Source: Fimbriosthenelais zetlandica (lineage: Eukaryota). From it: 64,000 nucleotides of DNA. The stretch spans positions 10,540,001 through 10,604,000 of the forward strand of contig OZ365118.1 in NCBI GenBank assembly GCA_977030845.1, given 5' to 3'. The first letter of the stretch is position 1, and every line of letters starts with the position of its first letter. Below are positions 1-12,966 of the stretch, piece by piece. The notes under the pieces are model-generated. The model was given only the letters and a program-made list of their open reading frames with translations. It did not search any database and was not told the origin of the DNA. The position numbers were made by a program, and so were the translations under genes.

Positions 1-477
1 CCAAAAAATTAAGTGCATTGAAACACACTGTTGCCTCACAATTGCCACTGCCATTGTTATGGATATTAAATGGGGGAGGGTACCAACTCATCGTTTTGAA
101 TCTGTTCTTTCAAATCGACACTGGTATTTGGATTAAAAAAACAGCACCCCTCATTGGTGTTTGCACACAAAATACTTTGAAGATAATCAAATAAAGAGAC
201 CAACGAACATATATGCAAACAAACAGATTACTAATGGTAGGACATAATTCAACTCTTCCTCTATCTGTCTGGGCCTCATTCATGACCCAAGCCCAGATAC
301 ATCCTGGCTTTTATGCCTTTAGGATGGAGGTTCACTATGGGTCAAAGATCACTTGAAAATAAGGTCATGTAATTTCTGTATTTCATTTGAGACAGCCCCA
401 TTTCCTCATGTGCTTTCAATTACATCCAATCTATTACGACTGGGAATTCAACATTTTTTCTGATTGCTTTATTTTAA

Positions 478-593
478 AGCCTTATCTCCACTACGATATT
501 TTTCTGATGTACATCAGTCGATCTGTCAATTGCTTGCGGGTAATTGATAGACCAACCTGTACGTCAAGAAAATAGTTCAGTAGACATGGGGCT
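478..593. mobile_element. MITE family C copy (palindromic, ~115 bp, TTAA-like target)
   Basis: TTAA|AGCCTTATCTCCAC...TTTTTCTGATGTAC...GTACGTCAAGAAAATAGTTCAGTAGACATGGGGCT|TTAG; a second right half follows at about 668-737. Confidence 0.65.
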
Positions 594-1105
594 TTAGGTA
601 AGTATAGACCTTCTCATCTCTAGACTAGGATAAGGACACGTTACCCAAAATTTAAACACGTGTTGAACAATTGCTTTGGGGCAATTGACCTGCCAACCTG
701 ACGTACGTCAAGGAAACAACTCAGTGGACACGGGCCTTTAGTAAATTATACCCATCTCTAGGCTGTGATATGGACCCATCTTTCCTCTTCCAATTTGAAC
801 ACGTGTTAGGCTGTCATTATCAGCATCAGGGCTTTTCAAAAACAGCTGAATGCTTCTAGTAATGGGGCATTTATATAGAAAAAAATCTTAAGCTCAATTC
901 ACAGACAACAACATTGAAACACTCCTGAGGCTATCTCACGAGAGCCATTAGTGCACTGAGATGATGATAACAATGAGTTCCCGGAAAGACACTCAAATCC
1001 AAAGTGGCTACATTATGCTTGTTCCCACCCTCAAAATGAAACCTTTTGGAGGATTTTTTCTTGATCTCGATCCGACAAATAACTTGTATTGCAGAGTTCC
1101 AATGG

Positions 1106-1168
1106 GAAAATGGGAGGAACACTAATTGAAAATGGGAGGAACACTAATTGAAAATGGGAGGAACACTA
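1106..1168. repeat. 22-bp minisatellite, about 3 copies
   Basis: GAAAATGGGAGGAACACTAATT repeated. Confidence 0.95.
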
Positions 1169-1644
1169 TACCCATTTGATTCCGAGTGCCCACGGTAGAC
1201 TTGAGTGTTCTGTATTAGAACATACTTTGACTGAAATATATAGACTTTGGCTCACTATCGCAAATCGATCCCAGTTCATTACCAAAGTTAAAGACCCTTA
1301 CAATGGGTATAATGATGATGCTAGACACCCATCGACGGATAACAAACCAAAGCTTCATTGTTTGGAGAGAGAAGATCGCAATTATAGCTGCCATCCGATT
1401 CAATTACAATCATTTAAGGCAATAAACAGAACTAGTGTGGGAATAAGGTCCATGGAAGTGACAGTACAAGATTGTTTTTCGTCTCATATTAGCTCAAACA
1501 TCAATAGAAGGCCTGCACGGACTGGCTCACTGTCTTCAGTTGGGGTCTGTTTCATATTAAGCAAGGCTCTATTGTAATGCTATAATAACCATAAAACAAA
1601 TTTTGGTTCAAATACTCATTTCCAGAAGCACTTTTCATTGAAAA

Positions 1645-1735
1645 TGCTGCTAACTGGGTTATCAAAGTTCAGCCATGTCTCACACTGTCTATGGCGAGAG
1701 GTATATACAAGTTTAGCCATGTCCCACACTGCCTA
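1645..1735 (-). repeat. Interspersed repeat family D copy with a 44-bp internal duplication
   Basis: Reverse complement reads CCTCTCGCCATAGACAGTGTGAGACATGGCTGAACTTTGATAACCCAGTTAGCAGC; AGCCATGTC recurs at 1671 and 1715. Confidence 0.7.
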
Positions 1736-2457
1736 TTGGAAGCAATTTTCTTTGTCATGACTTTTATAGTATGTTATCAAAAGCATTTAAAAAAGATCAG
1801 GCCATGGGCAACAGTTACTAAACTAACAAAAAACAAACAATGTATTTTTGGAACACACCCCGGATGCTAAATGTGCCAGCGATCAGGTTTAATTGAAGCG
1901 GAAGGGAGCCATTACCATTTGTGTCACTGTAAACATACAACAATATCGCATTCCTCAGCCACTTGTTAGTCATAACTTTTATATTATTATTATTATGCAA
2001 CACTGGTTTATGAGCTTTTTTGGCTCAGTTGCTACACTCGGCTGAAGATGATGATTGGAGAAACACCACACAATGGTGGGCGGTTCTTCCCTTCATTATT
2101 TCCACTCAGTTCAAAGAATGAGGAATGTTTCTGTATATTTGGAGTTAGAATCTGAAGTCATTTTGATGTGGCTGTGCACCTGAGGAATTTGAAAATGAGA
2201 AATGTTTTGATTTTGAGGGGTAATTGACGTCTTGGAATTTAATTAAACTAAAAAGACCATGGCAAAACTAAATGAACAAAAGGCAGGGAGTTAAAAGACC
2301 AAAGGTAGAATTTGCCATTTTTTGTCTGAGTCACACCAATATTCTTACAACCGTACAAACCAACTAATGCGCAATATCAATTATAATAATAACACATCTA
2401 TACATGCCATTCATTTTAAAATTGTTTAACTGTAATTGTAGTTATTTATATATTAGA

Positions 2458-2590
2458 GCTCCCCTTCCCCTTTACCTTCCCACTCTCTCTCCTCTCGCCC
2501 CACTCCCAAAAGCTCCACCGTCCCCATCTCTCCCACCTTTTCTCTTGCCCTCTCCCAACCCCCAATAGCCCACCCCTCTCCCCACCTTTG
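2458..2590. repeat. C/T-rich low-complexity tract (G-rich on minus strand)
   Basis: Runs of CCC/CCCC separated by T/A; source of spurious ORFs 2453-2672. Confidence 0.85.
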
Positions 2591-3202
2591 GAAATTGAGC
2601 CCCCCTATATTGGGTCCTTTGACCACTGACCTTACCTGAAGACACAGGGCCTTGTAGCAGCCCACTGGTCATGACATTTTGTCCACTGAATGTTTGGTCA
2701 GCAGCTATTCATTGGTGGCTTCTGTGACGAGCAGCTCACTGGCCCTGGTATATTGAGTGAGCCGTTTGACCGCTGAGCCATTCATATACAGAGCTGGAGC
2801 AGAGGACATGCAATATAATCCTGCCATTGATACTACCAGACCATTGAGAGGAGAAAGGCATAAAAGTTGGTGCTGGGCTTTTGAAAATTCTGGCAACTTA
2901 TAGCCAATGTGGTTTATAAATATAGCAACAGGAGTAACTCCAGAAATGGCTCATGACCTATATTTGTTGAAATATCACTGCCATTTTGATCAACAATACA
3001 TTTCAGAGAAGTTTCAGCAGAACGTTCAGCCTTTACTAAAATTGAAATTCAATATCTTCAATGTGGAAGTGCAATATTGAAGTTCGCCAGGTTTCAATAT
3101 GTATGCAACAATTTAAAATCTTAACATCATTACAATTCCGGAGAAATGTAGAGATGAATGAACCACAAAGGTGCAGTACCTAAAATAGCCAGGTTCTCTG
3201 AG

Positions 3203-3248
3203 TGTCTGTCTGTCGGGGTGTCTGTCTGTCTGTCTGTCTGTCTGTCTG
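3203..3248. repeat. (TCTG)n microsatellite
   Basis: Interrupted TCTG run. Confidence 0.95.
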
Positions 3249-4259
3249 GACATATTTGTATAGTTGTGCCCGGGAATATTTCTATACATTTTCCTCAAAC
3301 GGAAAGATGAATGCACACCCAATGCAAACACCTAATGCAAACCCAAATTGACATATGCTAATAGCCAACTGCCTTGGGAGGTAACCTGATACTTGGCCTT
3401 TTCTATTTGGCTTCAACACCTTTCTTAGGATGAAGAGGTGAGACGAGTGCAAAAGTTAAATGTGGAAAAACTCTCCAAATCAGCCTGAAAAGGTCCTTGA
3501 AGGTATTGACACCTAGATTTGTATTTCTAATGACGGAGGAAACTTCTGAGGAAACTTCAGAGGCACTTAAGTTAAAGATCAACTATGATATACTGGGAAA
3601 TTAGCAGCAAATTTTCCACCTTGAAACACCCATATTTTGGCAGTAGTTTTGACATTAATTCATAATGAACTGATGAATAGTTCTCTTTTATAAACAGATC
3701 TAGCTATGTACGAAAAAGTCCTAGTATTGAAAGTAGAAACACTGAAAATTATTACTTCGTTCTGACTTACTAAATAAAGTGTATTTCTTTTAGAATTGCA
3801 AATATTTTTTGTGGTGATGTGGCTGCAGGATGCCTTTTTGTCAGAAAATAACCTCCCGGCCCAGGACATTACAAAGCTATTTTGCCAAGTGGAATAATAT
3901 CATAAGGGAATTTCTACATAGAACGTGCAACAACTGACATTTATGGAGAAATGTGGCCTCATAAAATGTTCTCAAGCTTGGATAATGTGCCGAGTTTGAA
4001 TGAGTGGAGTCAATGGAACACTGGGTGGATTACTGGATATCATCAAATGTGCTTATATATGGAGAGGCTACTCTTAATGGTGCCCATACCCATTCAGCCA
4101 TGGAAAGTCCCCTTAGATTTCTTTTATCATCTTTTACTTGTAAATGTCCAAAAAATGGTAAAAGGGACATCCTGTTGTATGAAGGCTGTTGCATTCAAAT
4201 GGAAAACACTAATGTATAGACGTAAAATTCACACCTCTTGAACTATTTGGAAATGCATT

Positions 4260-4510
4260 TTAAAGCCCATATCAACTGTGTCATAAAGTCTCATATCCAC
4301 TATGTGTTAATTCTCATATCAACAGTCCCATTACCAAGATATCTTAAAGCCCCATGTCCAATGTGTCAACATTGAAATAACACGTCTTCTAGACTACAGT
4401 CTGTTCCTGAGCCGTTTTCTTGACGTACGTTAGGTCGACCCTTCAATTGCTTCTCGGCAATTGACAGACTGATTTGCATTTGTCAAGAGAATGTCCCAGT
4501 GGTTAAGGCC
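4260..4510. mobile_element. MITE family C fragments: repeated left-terminus pieces plus one body
   Basis: TAAAGCCCATATCAAC, AAAGTCTCATATCCAC, TTAAAGCCCCATGTCCA followed by CTGAGCCGTTTTCTTGACGTACG...GTCAAGAGAATGTCCCAGTGG. Confidence 0.55.
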
Positions 4511-5475
4511 TATATACCGTCATAGTGTAGATAATGGGAAGCCGACACACCCTTATATGATGCAGTAATATCAACGATATATCAATGAAACCATTTCATC
4601 TTAAAACAGACGAAAACAAATCAGTCTATTTGATGTCAGTCATCAAAAAGATGGTAAAGGACAGGACCTTTCATTGTAATCTAAGAAAACATACATAGTG
4701 AATCAATATTAATGATAATATATGCTGATAAGTGGCAACCATTTATTATTTTGGGACTACTTTTTCTTTGCTTTGCCATGCAAACATCAAAAGTGCTGTC
4801 ACCACATGAGAAAAACATAGCTCAGGCGCAGACTTCAAGAGAATGACAGAGCACCATGGCATCGACAAATCCCAGTGCCTCTAACTATGTGTCACAAGCC
4901 TGACACTGTTTCTGGCTTGCATCAGCGATGTAACAGAAAATCCATCAAAGCCAGACCCTATTACTTCCACTATAGTTATATCTATTGACGGGACTCATAA
5001 AATGGCTTCCAAAATCAGGCTGAGAGCTGCCTGTGCAATTTTCGACGTCACCCAGAAAAGACTCCGGAAATCATCAGTACTTTCTATGGACATTGACATA
5101 TGGGCCAACAGCGTGTTTCCCTATGGTCCGGAGATCGATGAGAAATTGCTGATTGGACGTTAAACGAATAATATCCATGCGCTCTATTTTTTATGGTCTT
5201 TAACATGTCCATTTTGAAACCTTTTCCCAGGATGTTATTCTCATGCCCAGACTCGTAAGATGTTCTTTTGATATGGAAAATATATTTGTTTTAACAATGA
5301 TTTTACGAGCTTTTTAGACTGATTACCTTTCCCAGACTCCTGCTAACTTTCAACTCCCACGGAACGTTTTTTCCTGGAGTTATGTAGCTAGCTGATTAGA
5401 GTGGGAAAGGTATGGGGAAGGACTGGGGAGAAAGGACCTTAAGGGCCTTGGCCTTGAGGCCCTGCTGCAGGGCAC

Positions 5476-5505
5476 GGCCCTATATAGGGCCTCTGTCATT
5501 GACAG
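5476..5505. promoter_or_regulatory. CArG box inside a 16-bp palindrome next to a palindromic TGACAG pair
   Basis: GGCCCTATATAGGGCC (CArG CCTATATAGG 5479-5488) then CTGTCATTGACAG 5493-5505. Confidence 0.35.
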
Positions 5506-5684
5506 ACAGACATAGCACCTGGTCCGGCCTGGGTGACCGGTACAACTAATAGATTGAACGATTTCCATGTCTGTCAGACGCCGGGAAATATGAGTTTTTT
5601 TAAAAAGTATTTCTCATAAAACCGTGAGAAGGCTGCAGAGAAGGCAATGCAATAACCTTTTGGATTCCCTCCATTTTATTGGAA

Positions 5685-5957
5685 AGGAGATAGAGAGGAC
5701 TGAGAAGGGAGGGAGAGAGAGAAAGAGAGGGGACTGAGAAAAGAGGGAAAGAGAGATGACTGAGAAGAGAGGGAGAGAGAGAAGAGACTAAGAAGAAAGG
5801 GAGAGAGAAAAAGGGGAGAGGGGAGAGAAAAGAGACACAAGTATAGCGAGTGGAAGAGAAAGAAAGAGGGGTATAGAAAAATAAGGGTGTATAAAAGAGG
5901 GCGTATAGGGAAATAACGCGTGAGATATAGAGAGAAAGAGGAAGAGAAAGAGAGAGA
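5685..5957. repeat. GA-rich polypurine tract
   Basis: About 270 bp almost only A/G with recurring GACTGAGA. Confidence 0.9.
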
Positions 5958-7842
5958 TAAGTGTTATCCAACTCCAGATGAAAATGTCATAATTCGGCAT
6001 GTTTACCTTAACAAGCACATTTTCATTCCATTATTATCATTTAATTACAGATTCCACATGACAATATTGTCATTCATTCATCGTTACAACATCAGAATAT
6101 TGTCATTCATGTCCAATCTAAATTGTCTTTGTTCATCACCCATGACTTACTCAAAATAAAAATCATTGCTTGCCACAAAAGAATAATGTTTTTCTTGCTG
6201 TATATTACCATATACAACAAGAAAAACATTGCTGGTGATTCAGTATTCCAAATACAGACTGCAATGGAATTTAAAAAATATAATAAACACCGCTGGCTAG
6301 ATGGATGCCTGGGGACAATATTCTAAAAATAATAACGAACCAGGTGTCTCCGGGATAGAACCTAATAGCGTCAAATTCTACCACACAAAATTAGCCTAAA
6401 GCTCTTACCGACTGGCTCCAGTTCCCATGGTAACATATCCACCGCAATTCCTCTCACAAAAGCTGGTATAAATCCACAATTAACAATACTCCCGGAATAC
6501 AGTAGTCTCTATATAGCTGCTGCTGTCTTATATAAGGCTCGTGTGAATGGTATTAAGTGCCTCATTATTGAATCGGTGTTATATAACAATACAACCAATA
6601 TTAATGTATTTTTAGGTTTAATCCGAATCCATACTGGGTGTATTTATGCTGGTATTTCACGAGTTTAGACCAATGAGTCAGTTTTCAGTGTTATATACAA
6701 GGCTCCCGCAAGGCCACAAGTTGTAACACAGTTGTAATACATTTTGTTTCATTGCTTCAGGCAATATTCTCAGAAGCCTCCGTAATGCAAATCCATCCTA
6801 AAACACCATGGCATTACAATTTGATGGATATTTTTCGAAGCCAATTGCGTTTTCTTCCTGAATGTTTAAAATCCCGATATCCAATTTATTGAATGTGCCC
6901 AAAAGTCGCTATTTCAATATCCAATTTGGATTGAAACCCAAATTGCAATCAAGCAATTTTATGTATTGTAAGGCATTTTTCAGTATCCCAAAAAGTTAAG
7001 CACACTGCTATTGCCTTCCTTATTAATTCCTGGAACTCAGATTGTGAATTACATTGTGTTATGTCGATGTGCTTCTAAAGTGTACATAAAATCCATTTTC
7101 AAAGGTTAGAAATATATGGTCTATCCACAAATACATGTATTTGGGTCTGTGTTCACTATACATAAAGTATCCTAGTATTTGCTTAAATCTCTGGACGTCC
7201 AAACGTCCTCAAGTTTGCCCTTATGTATGAGGCCACCCTTTAAAGGCAAGGTGACGCTTGGTAGGTTCCTATGGTAACTATTTCCTATATATATTATACA
7301 TCTACTCCGTTACGCATGAGATGTCCATCAGGTAGGTAAATCTGATAAGATTCACACACGCACACTTTTCCTCAGCCACCCACACATCCCACACTTTACA
7401 GACAATGCCATAGCAACTGTATAGGTCAATTATACCCATCAATCATCCCTAAGCTCCTCCCCTAATGGGCGTGGCTTCAGTTTATATACAAAAACACGTG
7501 CTAAACATATAGTATACATACACAGTCACCTATTCCAAGTATTTAAACAAAAAAGTAATCCATGCATGCATGCATTTCTCAGATTGGAATCCAAATGCCT
7601 TTTAGTTGACTAATTGTATTGTAGGCTCTGCTTTTCATTTTGAATATATAGTATCCAAATTTAAATCCCCTCCTACATTTCAATAGTAAATATCCATATA
7701 TATTCCTCTTGGTTCAAAACATGGGAAAATAGGTAGGAAAATATAGCTCCAAGAGGTAGTTGAGTGGTTCCAAGTCTTTTACACACTCGTTATGTACAGT
7801 GAGTATTGTGGCAATATTGGCAAGCCACGAGTGAATGACATG

Positions 7843-7863
7843 TGGGTGTGTGTGTGTGTGTGG
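7843..7863. repeat. (GT)n microsatellite
   Basis: Short GT run. Confidence 0.9.
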
Positions 7864-8217
7864 GTAGCATTAAACATGTGTGATTGTGCTATATACATAC
7901 ATGTATCAACCGCGTATCAACTCAATATGGTTTAGACGCATGTAAATGCATGTGAATCAGTCCAAGGTGGTTTATATTGAACACTGCTATTATAGCCTCC
8001 ATCCATTGTCTATCTGGATATGTCTGGCTTTGAACTGTATTTTGTGAAAGAAGGAAATTGGCACTGAGGTATTAACTTAAGTCTGAATAATTATCCCGAG
8101 TTTAGGGCTGAGCTTAAGCTGGGTCTGGTGCAGGTTACACTTAATGGAATGACAATAGAACTGTAAAGCAACTACTATATACACTTTTGAGTATCCACTA
8201 AAAAAGAGAATGGTCTA

Positions 8218-8275
8218 AGTAACACTGAGTAACATTAAGTAACACTTAAAGTAACACTTAAAGTAACATTTAAAC
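8218..8275. repeat. Degenerate 10-11-bp tandem repeat
   Basis: AGTAACAC/AGTAACAT recurring five times. Confidence 0.8.
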
Positions 8276-8314
8276 AAAAACTAGTTTTATCTTTATTACA
8301 GTCATTAACATACA

Positions 8315-8409
8315 ACTCCATGTCCCCAGAGCCTTTTCCTTGATATAGGAAGGTTGGCCCATCAACATTTTGACGCACATCAAGAAATTGGCTCAGTGGA
8401 CATGGGCCT
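8315..8409. mobile_element. MITE family C copy
   Basis: CCATGTCCCCAGAGCCTTTTCCTTGA...TCAAGAAATTGGCTCAGTGGACATGGGCCT. Confidence 0.6.
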
Positions 8410-9012
8410 CTGAGAGTGATGGATATTTTTTTCAGTGGGTGGTAATGTTAACATTAGAATCCACAAATCAGGGTTTTGTATGACAGTTTGTGCGTGTGTA
8501 CATTCCACGCGTAAGTGTATCATTCCAGTGGACTGGGTGATCTGGCAAGAGACCGGGCATCTGGTTGGCGTTCACTCAAAATACACACACATACAATGTT
8601 CTCTCTTCCACTCATTCCACCTCCCATTTACTTTTTTGTGCCACACTCTGTCATAAATTGTCTGTCCATTTACTCTACGTATTGAACATAATCTCTCATA
8701 ATATTGAACATAGTCTTTTCAGCAAAACTATAATTAATGATTTCCAAATAGTCAGTTTTGACATTAATTTACGAAACATATTAATAAATACCTCATTTAG
8801 GGGTATTAATGTTACAATTTTCCCCAAATCCTTTCCTATGTCTATAATCATTTTATCCCATAATATTACTTCAAGAATTTACTAAATGTATATAATTATA
8901 AGTATTTTAGCCTCTTGTACAAGAACCATTCAAGTAGCCTCTGACAACCTGAAAATATTACTATGTATTATGCCAGTTGTAAAGAGCTAATTCAAAGCTA
9001 TAATGCTGAATA

Positions 9013-9222
9013 CACTATCAACGAAATTGTTTATAATACCTTGAAAAACGTAATTTGTGGGAGTGACTTTTATAGTTAGATACAAAGTAAACTATTGAAA
9101 TGTATCAATTTATAAACAGATCTGACTGTGTACCAAAGGTCCCTGTTGTTTCTATTATCAGATTTGATTAAATAAGTATATAATTATGGATTGTAAGTTC
9201 CCAAATATTTCTGGTGTCACTG
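9013..9222. mobile_element. MITE family A copy (TA-flanked, ~200 bp), degenerate
   Basis: TA|CACTATCAACGAAATT...AATATTTCTGGTGTCACTG|TA; contains the family internal motif ATAAACAGATCTGACTGTGTAC. Confidence 0.55.
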
Positions 9223-11808
9223 TAGGCCTACCATCTATAGGACCCAAATCCGCTGTGAGGAAACCACTTGGTATCATTGAGACTATGATCACTCACCCAG
9301 GGACTATAATGAAGGTGTGTGGTAGAATTAGCACCTCAACTAGCAGGGATTATAATGTTATGGTATGATGATCACACCAGGCTTTGTTATGGGAATTTTT
9401 CCTCCTCCCAAGGATAAAGTATCAGGGGTTGATTCACAGCAACGATACCGGCAAACGTCAGTTGTACGCCCATCAATTTACGGGCCAAACTTCTGTTGGC
9501 GTATATATAACGTAGGGGATACATTGCAACTTAACATTGAAAGTGATGGAACAGAAGGGATAGAACCCTTCTCTTACTAACTTGGTTACTAGATAACACT
9601 AGAGTAGTAAGCATTTTTTTATATTAAGTCTTGCCTTGTCCTTATATCGGTTCATCGCCCCATTTGAGCCCTGATAGGAGGCATTATGTATCACATATAT
9701 ATATGAAATAATCCCCCGAACAGAACTCATTACTGCCCCCTTGATTAGTTCAATCAGCGTGTGTCACATGCCCAGCCATTGTTAATTTGCTAATTAAGTA
9801 TGTATGTGACAAGTTGTTACCTTGTAACAAAAGCGGGATCATATTCTGCATTTGACAATGACGCTTCTTACTTTCATATGCATGTATTCATTAGCTGCCC
9901 TTATTTCACCTCCAAAAGATTCGTTCAAAACAATTTATCAGTGTCGATTTGTAATACCGAAATGGAACATTTATCTTCAATGTCGATGCTAGTTAAGCCT
10001 ATATATAGCTTTATTAGATTTTGATAATTTGACCCCAGGGGAATGGTGTCTGAAGAGTTATCGGCGGACTCCAAACATGGAGAAAGAAAGTAGATTGAAA
10101 GGCCCAAAGCTGCATGAAGCAACCTGGAGTCAGCGGCATGCGAAATGATATCTACACTTGACCCCAATCACTAAGTATCCCATACAACTACCATGCCGAG
10201 TTTCAACTGATATCGACACATCCAACTATTGATTTGGACAGTCCTAAGTCCTAGGTGCTTAAGATTAATGTCATGGAACAGACCTCTAAGACATTGTCCT
10301 TTGCCATTGATTGTCTCACTTTACAATCAAAGCTTTGAGCTTTTCCAAACAAAAAAGTATAGGCCTATGCTTGAAATATGTAATATGTAAGCTTGAAGAA
10401 TAGAGTAATAACTTTCGGGGATCCTTGGGGTTACATGTTGGTACATGTCAATGGCACATGATCTTGACATGGTTGCGTGGATTATCCCCTAAATGGGGAA
10501 AGAGTTTCAGCCGTGGAGGCAAACAGAAAGGGGTGAAATATGCCCATGTAAGTGCAAAGAGGGGTTTAGAAGAAATGGTTCAAATACCAAGAGTGCAAAC
10601 TCTGTTGACAGACGTGTGGGCCTGGGAATATTTCTCTATTTGCTTTCCTTTTTTCTACTAAATATTTAACAAACGCTTTTGAAAAGGTTCCGTTATACAA
10701 ACTGAAAGATTTGACAAGTTATGGAATGTTTAAAGACAATGTGTTTGGATGCAAACGAAAGCCCCAAGTCCACTGAGCTGTTTTCAGGAGTGATGTACAT
10801 CAGTACTTCAGTGAACATGGGGTTTAACTTGGAAACTTGCTTGAATAAAAACTTGAATGAACATGTTGAACTCTTTGAGTCTAATCACACTACAGTTGGT
10901 GCTAATCAAAATTCTCTCATACAACTCCATTCTTTTTAGCAGTGAATTCTGGCCTACTGCCAAATACCTCTAAAAACATCTACCTAGGCTTACAGACACA
11001 GAATTTAACTAATTACTACATGGAATGAATGATATAAAAATATGAATTAAGTAAAAAGCTTATATGATCCAATAAAGGAAATCTCAATGAAAAACTCAAG
11101 AGTGATCTTATTACGCACTGGGGCTGTTTAGGAGAGTGTGGTCTTGGCACAGGAGCCAAGTGTATTATGTATGTTATAAGTGACTTTGTTTGGTTAGCTA
11201 ATGTGTGTGTCCTCCAGGGTGTTGAGGAGGTATAGTATACTTCCAGGGCATGATTACCTCTATACCTGTACAACCAACAGGTGTGTGTAGAAGGTGTGGT
11301 GTAAGATCAATTATAGCAGTTCCTACCTTATACCCATGATCAATTTTTGGACCACAAATTTGACTTTAGTTGGAATACCAAAGTAGAAACAGATTTGGCG
11401 TTGGACAAAAAGGACGAGTAGGATGACGCAACATGGAAAGTTGGTATAGTTAAATCAAACGAAAGTACTTTGTTAAGATGTACACATGTATAAAAATTAT
11501 GTACTCTGCTAGGGATCCTCATTCTCATGGTGTTACTGTACCATTGTACAATCCTTTCGCAAGGCCTTTCTGTAAGATCGAATTCAGTATAGGCAAATAG
11601 CAGAGGGCAGTAACGCATAATGTGAATCACTCATTACTGTGCCATAGTAAGGACACTCGTCAGAATAAATGTAAAACAGGGGAAATGGGCTTAATACTTC
11701 ATGTATAGGACAGGATCATTTCCAGCCTTCACTGCCTATGTTTTATATGGATTACATTCAATAAAACCTGATTGATTCAGTGTGGCAGGTGGTGACGGCA
11801 AATCACAT

Positions 11809-11821
11809 TGCCATCTAGCGG
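11809..11821 (-). promoter_or_regulatory. CTCF core motif match
   Basis: Minus strand CCGCTAGATGGCA matches the CCRCYAGRKGGCR core at 13/13. Confidence 0.45.
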
Positions 11822-12124
11822 TAACCTGACCGTTGACGGTAAGTGATGAGAGGATGGGAGAGGGATGGAGAGATTGAGTGGCTGAAAGGCAATAAGAGTC
11901 AAATAACAGAGTGAGTAGCTGATGTATATTGAGAGATGTATCCATAGATAACAGAAGATGAATGAACTCAAGGTAAAAATGTGAGTGATGCATTTGGGAA
12001 GAAAACGTTTAGAACTTCAGTGATTGTTTAGGCTTTAATTCCAAGGCATCTGCAAAGGTTATAGGAGGAAATGAACTCTTTGCTCTATCTGCACTGCTCG
12101 AAAGTCAGCAATGGTTCAGGCATG

Positions 12125-12205
12125 GTTCACACCATAGACAGTGGAATACTTGGATCTTTTTACATGCCTCTCACCACAAACAATGAGAGACATGATTGGC
12201 CTTTA
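12125..12205 (+). repeat. Family D copy (two degenerate subunits)
   Basis: CACCATAGACAGTGG...TTTTACATGCCTCTCACCACAAACAATGAGAGACATGATTGGCCTTTAAT. Confidence 0.6.
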
Positions 12206-12966
12206 ATAATCCCTTAATTACCGACACAATGGGATGCTTAGGACATTATAAACTTTAAAACTATAGATAACCGTAGCAAGCTGGTTATTTTACACAGTAT
12301 TATACAGAATATCATTTAATAAATTAAAAGGAATCTAACTTTTGAAATTAAAGTGTGAAGAACATATCAGGATCTTCAGTGTTTTGGAAGTTCTTTCATG
12401 GGAGTACTTTCAGTTTATAAAGTTCATTTTATACCAGATGAACAAACACAGAGGAGAACGTGTGGGGAGTGTTTTGCTGAGACCAAGGCACCAGTGGTTG
12501 ATGAGTGTGAAGGGCTTTGCCTCCCATCTTCAGTTCTTACCTACAGTGGCAGGCGCGGCTATACAAAGCTGAAGGCTGGGCAAGGCTATAGGTTCTTTTT
12601 ACCACCTCTATTAGACCAGCTTCTGTGACTGACTGATAGCACAGTACTACAGAAGTGTCTCATATATCTTGGTTTCCCGAGGAACACACATGAATAGATC
12701 CTTCTAGAATGTTACATTGGGTTTCTGTTACCACAGCCACCATTGCCTTCCGGGTTTCAATGTTTTTAACATTAGACTTTTCACTGTGGTATTGAGAAGC
12801 CTATAGCGTGAGCCATTTTCTTGATGTATGTCAAATGTGGAAGTTATCAATGTAGTTCATCTATGTCTAATACACTTGACTATTCATGATGCTGATCCAT
12901 GCTATTTAAGGTTAGTAAATTGTGATTGGATATATCTATAGCCCACTCATGTTCAGGCCTACATTA

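Noticed and set aside
12541-12660. Minus-strand donor TAG|GTAAGA with an open frame VTEAGLIEVVKRTYSLAQPSALYSRACHC
   Set aside because: No convincing pyrimidine tract for any upstream acceptor, and no phase-2 entry to continue the candidate gene model.
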